A stretch of 64,000 nucleotides of DNA, taken from the NCBI GenBank assembly GCA_951406725.2, contig OX597831.1:31248001-31312000 (forward strand), written 5' to 3'. Below the pieces are notes generated by a model. It was given only the letters and a program-made list of their open reading frames with translations, was not told the DNA's origin and made no database searches. The stretch is from Octopus vulgaris. Taxonomy: Eukaryota. This document shows, piece by piece, positions 57,691-64,000 of the stretch (positions within the stretch are counted from its first letter, which is position 1; each line of letters begins with the position of its first letter). The translations under genes and the position numbers were made by a program.

Positions 57691-59384
57691 AAGATTAAAG
57701 ATATATGATATAGTGAGAATCAAAAATCTAATACTTATTTCTGATAAAGATTTTTTATGCATATTTTATTTATGTAAATACCTGCTTCGGGAAAAATACT
57801 TAGCGGTATCTCATCTAGCTTTACATTGTGAGTTCAAATTCCGCTGCGGTAAACTTTTACCTTTCATTCTTCCGGGATCGATAAAGTAAGTTTCAGTTGA
57901 GTGCTGGGGTTGATGTAATAGACGTACTCCCTTTCCCCAAATTGTTAAACTTGAAACCGTTCTGCTTTCTGTTTTTAGCACCCAACTTTTTTTGTGTATC
58001 GAATGTAGGACAAGTTAACATTCTTGACATCTAGTATGACCTGTCTATCGTAGGTTATATCGAGTCCCCATAACGAAATTCATATCTAACTTTCATGCGA
58101 CTGTTCACAGGGCATTGAGCAGCAGTCATTATGTCGGCATTTTGATACTCCATGCAAATCATCTTGATGCAGTTAACTCTTTTCCAATATTCAACTGGCT
58201 TCTAGTTTTCCATATCAGCTAACTTTTTCTCGGCTACAACTTTAATCTTTATGCTCTCCTACGGCGTCAACTGTTTACCAGTACATCAAGCTGTTCGTGT
58301 AGAAAAACAAAAAAAAGCAGACATAAAAAATTGTCAAATTTAGCCCGAAACTCTATGCACGTAATATTATTTTATACTTGATTTTAACTGAAAAATGTAG
58401 GGTGCGACACATGACTAAATACTGTATACACACACGCTCACACACACACACACACACATACACACACACACACATATTGGTCACCCCGCACTCGAGTGCA
58501 TAATAATTTGCCATTACAAGCTAATACTAGTTAAGTTATAACACTCCTTGTTGACTTACAGTCACAAGGATGAACCTATTGACCTTCTACAGTACCTACT
58601 TACAACTAACTATATAGACTGTACTATTTGAAGTGAAGAATCTCAGCCAGTGTCCAGTGTCCACTGGCTGAGATTCTTCAACTCCTATTATACGACACGA
58701 ACTCCAACACCAGTTATACGACACGAATTTTATCGGATATTTAGTTGATCTAAAATGGAGGCACGTTTTATTTTTGTCGAACGTGGAGCAATACATAAAC
58801 AAATGCTCAGCCTATTGGACGTGTATGGTTTCCAACCAAGATAACGAAACATTACTAACGTCAGACATGAGTTCTTTGTTCCCTCTACTGCTAGTACGAC
58901 ACCATTTTCCTCTCTAATGTTCGAAGATAACAATCTAGAGATTTCACTGAAAGTACCATTGAAAATGATACGCTTATGTGAACAGGATGTGAATTTAAGG
59001 GGAATCAATTGATAGCTGAACATAGCTCCAAGACAAACAAAGACTAGGTTATTATGGTTGTCTCCCCGCCACCTCCATTTATTATCGGTCTCATATAATC
59101 CTTATGCTTTCACACTGTGCGTGCTGTGTGTGTGTGAGTGTGTTTGAACTTGGTGATTTTTGTGGTTTTGTTCTTCTGTCTGCGTATGTGTTGAGTGTGC
59201 ATATGTTTGTACGTGCGTGTATAACACATTGGTGGCCCTACGCGTGCTTTTTTTGTGTGTGCGTGATTTTGTATTACGCAAGTAACTCTGTGTGTACATA
59301 TGTATGTGTATGTGTGTGTACATAGTATGTACACACATCAGTATGTTTTGTTTGTGTATTTGTGTACGTGTACGTACAGGCTTA

Positions 59385-59416
<32 letters not shown>

Positions 59417-59651
59417 TATACGTGTGTTTAAGTGCACATACGTATGCGTATGTGTTTGTCTACATGTCTTTGTGTGTGCATGCATAATGGGAACGGGATC
59501 CTTTGCAGATCAAGATACAGGAAGAGTAAAGGGAAAAAAGATTGGAGTGATAACGTTTATTTTTGATCAAATGTGTTATAAAACTGAACAAACTCAACAA
59601 AAACAGCACGAACTCGTGTGTATGTGTGTGTGTGCGTATGCGCGTGTATTA

Positions 59652-59835
59652 GTTTCAAATTTAGGCACAAGACCAGCAAATTCGAAGGAGAGAGGGAGTA
59701 AGTCGATTACATCGACCCCAGTGCTCTATTGACACTTATTTTATCGACCTTAAAAGGAAGAAAGGCGGAGTCAACCGCGCGGTGGAATTTGAACTCAGAA
59801 TGTAAGAACGGACGAAATGCTGTTAAGCATTTTGC
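59652..59835 (-). mobile_element. SINE-B, diverged
   Basis: Core recognisable. Confidence 0.75.
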
Positions 59836-60357
59836 CAACTTGGTTTGCAATGTCAGCAGATGTGTATATTTAACAAAGGCTGGACTAATTAGTTACTAGC
59901 GGAGCCAAAAGTGAAAAGTATAAATTTGTTTGAGATTCCCCCATTCACAGGCAACTCACATAAATTCGAGCAACTCACATAAATTCAGCATGAAAAATGC
60001 ATGTTTTTTTTTTGTTTTTTTTTTCGAAATTACTCACTTCTTCCTCATCTTGTTTCCTCTGTTGGTGACGATGACAGGCATTGCTTACTCAATTGAGCTC
60101 CGTCTATAAATACATACATACATACATACATACATACATACATACATACATACATACATACATACATACATACATACATACATACATACATACATACATA
60201 CATACACACATACATACATACATACATACACACATACATACATACATACATACATACATACATACATACACACATACATACATACATACATACACACACA
60301 TACATACATACACACACACATACATACACACATACATACATACACACACACATACAT

Positions 60358-60394
<37 letters not shown>

Positions 60395-60474
60395 TACATA
60401 CATACATACATACATACATACATACATACATACATACATACATACATACATACATACATACATACATACATACG

Positions 60475-61100
60475 TAGGAGCCCACAGAATGGTAGAGGCC
60501 ATAGTCACTCAAAATAAAGAGTACTGGTGGAATGTCCCAGTGAAGACCCCAATAAAATGTAAATAAAATAAACCAGACGTAGTGATTTGGGACAATGAAA
60601 AGAATCTGTGTACAATAGTGGACATCAACTGACCATCGAATGTTAGCATAAAGCTAAAGATCAGTGAGAAAGATAACACCTGTGCTGAACTATTAATCTA
60701 CCCTGATTAAGATTATACCTGTAATCATTGGGGCTAAGGGAAATGTAACGCACTGCCTAAATACCATCTTGAGAAATTAGGCTTCTCAAAACCAGAAGAG
60801 AGAAAGTTGATTCGAAAATTACAGATCCAGTCCATCACTGAACTGTAAAAATTTATACCACTTTCCAGAAGTTTATCATTTAAATATATATATATATATA
60901 TATACATTAGAGGACACGCATAAAACAAAACATATAAATCTGCATATGCACTGACACCAAATACTGCACATATACACATACATGCAAAAATATCCTGTTG
61001 ATGCTGTTGAAATTCCAGTGAAAGGGACTTGGATCTAGGATAGAAACTGGCTCCTTCTCTATTAGCAGGAAATCTTGAAATAAAACTGAATAATGACATA
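60475..61100 (+). mobile_element. R4/Dong-like LINE 3' fragment inserted in (CATA)n
   Basis: EYWWNVPVKTPIKCK*NKPDVVIWD..CTIVDI; 3' UTR ends GAATAATGA(CATA)n; second UTR copy at 61660-61765. Confidence 0.85.
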
Positions 61101-61244
61101 CATACATACATACATACATACATACATACATACATACATACATACATAAATACATACATACATACATGCAAACATACATACATGCATATATATTGTTATT
61201 TGGGACAGAGGGGCAAAGGTATACATACATACATGCATACATAC

Positions 61245-61476
61245 CTATTTCTTTATTACACACAAGGGGCTAAACATAGAGGGGACAAACAAGGACAGAC
61301 ATAGGTATTAAGTTGATTACATTGACCCTAGTACATAACTGGTACTTAATTTATCGACCCCGAAAGGATGAAAGGCAAAGTCGACCTCGGCGGAATTTGA
61401 ACACACAACGTAACGACAGACGAAATACGGCTACGCATTTCGCCCGACGTGCTAACGTTTCTGCCAGCTCGCCGCC
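61245..61476 (-). mobile_element. SINE-B, full length
   Basis: Near-identical to 7511-7742. Confidence 0.92.
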
Positions 61477-61612
61477 TGCATATATACATACATACATACC
61501 GTCCAACCCATGCCAACATGGAAATCAGACGTTAAACGACGATGATCACACATACATACATACATACATACATACATACATACATACATACATACATACA
61601 TACATACATACA

Positions 61613-61646
<34 letters not shown>

Positions 61647-61964
61647 CATGCAAACAAAAATACCTTGTTGATGTTGAAATTCCGATGAAGTAGCCTTGGA
61701 TCTAAGTTAGAAACCGGTTCTTTCTCTGTTGTCAAGAAATCTTGAAATAAACTGAATAATGACAAACATACATATGCAAATCCTTAATTCATATTTTACA
61801 AATGATCACGATATCTGGAACTATAAAATCCTGCATGACCTTCTTAAGATTTAAAGGATGGTGGTTCAAAGAAGATACTTTCCTCCAAGCAGGTGGCCGG
61901 TCATTATTTACTCTGAAATTAAAAAGAGAAAGAGAATGTATGCATGCATACGTACGTACAAATA

Positions 61965-62172
61965 ATGGTTTCAAATTCTTCCACAAGGGCAGCAATTTTG
62001 GGGGGAGGGAATGAGTCGATTATATCGACCCCAGTGTTCAACTGGTACTTATTTTATCGACCCCGAAAGGATGAAAGGCAAAATCGACCTCGGTGAAATT
62101 TGAACTCAGAAGATAGCGAAGGGCGAAATACGGATGAGCATTTCATCCAGGGCGCTAACGATTCTGCTGGTT
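61965..62172 (-). mobile_element. SINE-B, alternative tail variant
   Basis: Core recognisable. Confidence 0.8.
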
Positions 62173-62954
62173 TGCCATTTTGCACATACGTACAAATAAT
62201 GACATACATTTATGCATACATACATATGGTCGTCTGCTTTTGAAAACAAGAGAAAGTAAAGCTGCTGCCTTTCTTTCGTGTCCTTCTGAACAGTAACCGC
62301 CATCTGGTTATATGGTTTTCATCTGTTACAAACCTCTCACTCATTCCTTCCCTCTTCCTTCTGGACAGTAACGACTAAACCCTTCTTACCTATAATCAAG
62401 TATAGTCGTACATCACAGAAAGCTGCTTTTATTTCTTCTCAACTTTCCTCGCGTTAACGTCAACATATATGCATATCAATGAAGAAACACATCGTAAACA
62501 TCCTGTATTGCGAAATATGGTTTCATTCAACAGCTATAAAACACAATCATTAAACATACCAAGTTAGCAACAGGCCATTACGGCCTCCGCATTCATAAAT
62601 ACTAACCATATTAAATCCTACACATTTTCTACAAATACTAAGCCCGAATCTCAAGGCGAACTGTTTTGATAGTTGTCAGCTCTACATTGTAATCATTAGG
62701 CCTTTTTCTTTCTTTCACAACTGAACAAAATTACATCTCTAAACAGCTGTTATCATTTAGTAAACACAAATAAGTCTTGGAGTACTGGCCAGAAATTTGG
62801 GACTGTGCAGCCGCTACTTATATGCAAATATTCTGTACTATATGCATTAAAAGGCCTTCTGCATGATTGATGAACTACCATTCATCAACGCTCTAAAACC
62901 AAAGGCCAAATCATAACTGATGTCTGTCTTTTCGATTGCAACAAATATCTTTTA

Positions 62955-63345
62955 TCCTTTCTTTTACTTGTTTCAGTCATTTGACTGCGGTCATAATGGA
63001 TCACCACCTTGAAGTATTTTAGTCGAACAAATCTGCCCCAGGACTTATCTTTTTAAGCCTTGTACTTATTCTATCGTTATCGTATTGCCGAACCGCTACG
63101 TTACGGGACGTAAATATACCAACAGTGGTTGTCAAGCGGAGGTGGGGGACAAACACAAACACATACACACGCGCGCGCACGCACATATGAAGGGCTTCTT
63201 TCAGTTTCCGTCTACCAAACTCACTCACAACGCCTTGGTCGGCCCGAGTCTATAGCAGAAGGCACTTGTCCGAGGTGCCTCGCAGTGGAACTGAACCCAG
63301 AACCGTCTGGTAGGGAAAGGAATTTCTTACCATGCAGCCACGCCT
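62955..63345 (-). mobile_element. SINE family A
   Basis: Homologous to 5382-5785. Confidence 0.88.
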
Positions 63346-64000
63346 GTGAACTTATAAAACTTGTATCACCTCCACCAAAACAACCCCCATACAAACATCA
63401 CCATGAAGCATACATATAGTCACTGACCAGCTAGAAATAGAAAACAAATCTTCAAAAAGGGAGCGTTTGTATCCAGGGTAACGGAACATTAGATATATCA
63501 TACTTTAAAAAGACGAGATAGTGACAGCTAAAATGTATTTACTCTATCCTACCAAAGCTGACCTAAAGCTAAACCACAGCCACAACGAAATACATTTGTC
63601 TTTTCTTATCAACCCAATAGACATCCATTTTCTCGTTTTTATAAACTCTTTTCTCAATCATTTCATCTGTAAAATGTGCAGGAAAATTTTATACCAGAGA
63701 CGAGTCTTAGGAACATAAAATCTGGAGAAATATTTTTGCCAAGAAAAATAATGTATTTTTAATTTTACAAATTCATAGACATGTAACTTAAATTCACGTT
63801 TTAGACTAGAGGCTTAATCTGCTTTTTATACTTAGGTTTTTAAAAAATTCCTTCAGTGAGATGTTTCGAATTGGAATGGGGGAGAAATTTTGCCAGGAGC
63901 CGAAATGTTTCCCATAAACATATCTAAAAATGCTCACTTCTTCCTGTAAATTATTGATCCAAATATATTCAGTCTCAAAAATCGGCGGCATTGGCCTCAC

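Noticed and set aside
61676-61726. Hammerhead look-alike CCGATGA...GAAACCGGTT
   Set aside because: Stems I and II pair poorly, and the paralogue at 61007-61060 lacks the core; better explained as a LINE 3' UTR stem-loop.

Overview
Repeat-saturated, AT-rich eukaryotic non-coding DNA. The SINE families, Dong/R4 LINE abundance and microsatellite density suggest an octopus (coleoid cephalopod) intron or intergenic region; this is inference, not a database result. No intact host protein-coding gene, rRNA, true tRNA or CRISPR array could be supported, and almost all ORF-track ORFs are microsatellite artefacts. The recognisable content is decayed transposons: R4/Dong, CRE, RTE, CR1-group and Tx1/L1-group LINEs, a Penelope-like GIY-YIG element, mariner/Tc1 elements, a tandem non-autonomous Helitron and about 30 tRNA-derived SINE copies, plus a 51-bp minisatellite and a 1.8-kb (GGAA)n array. 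The most interesting signal is a set of type I hammerhead ribozyme motifs readable directly from the sequence (30798, 42032, 45574, 46244, 53783, a near-canonical one at 20489, and degenerate ones). They sit in short ORF-less Penelope-type units at (TA)n tracts, four of which carry an inverted duplication. In two units the inverted copy is antisense to the ribozyme itself, and three motifs share a CCGANGA core variant. Other findings are SINE multimers inserted as single units, a LINE-SINE shared 3' tail, and a possible degenerate HDV-like ribozyme. Element boundaries were read by eye and are approximate.
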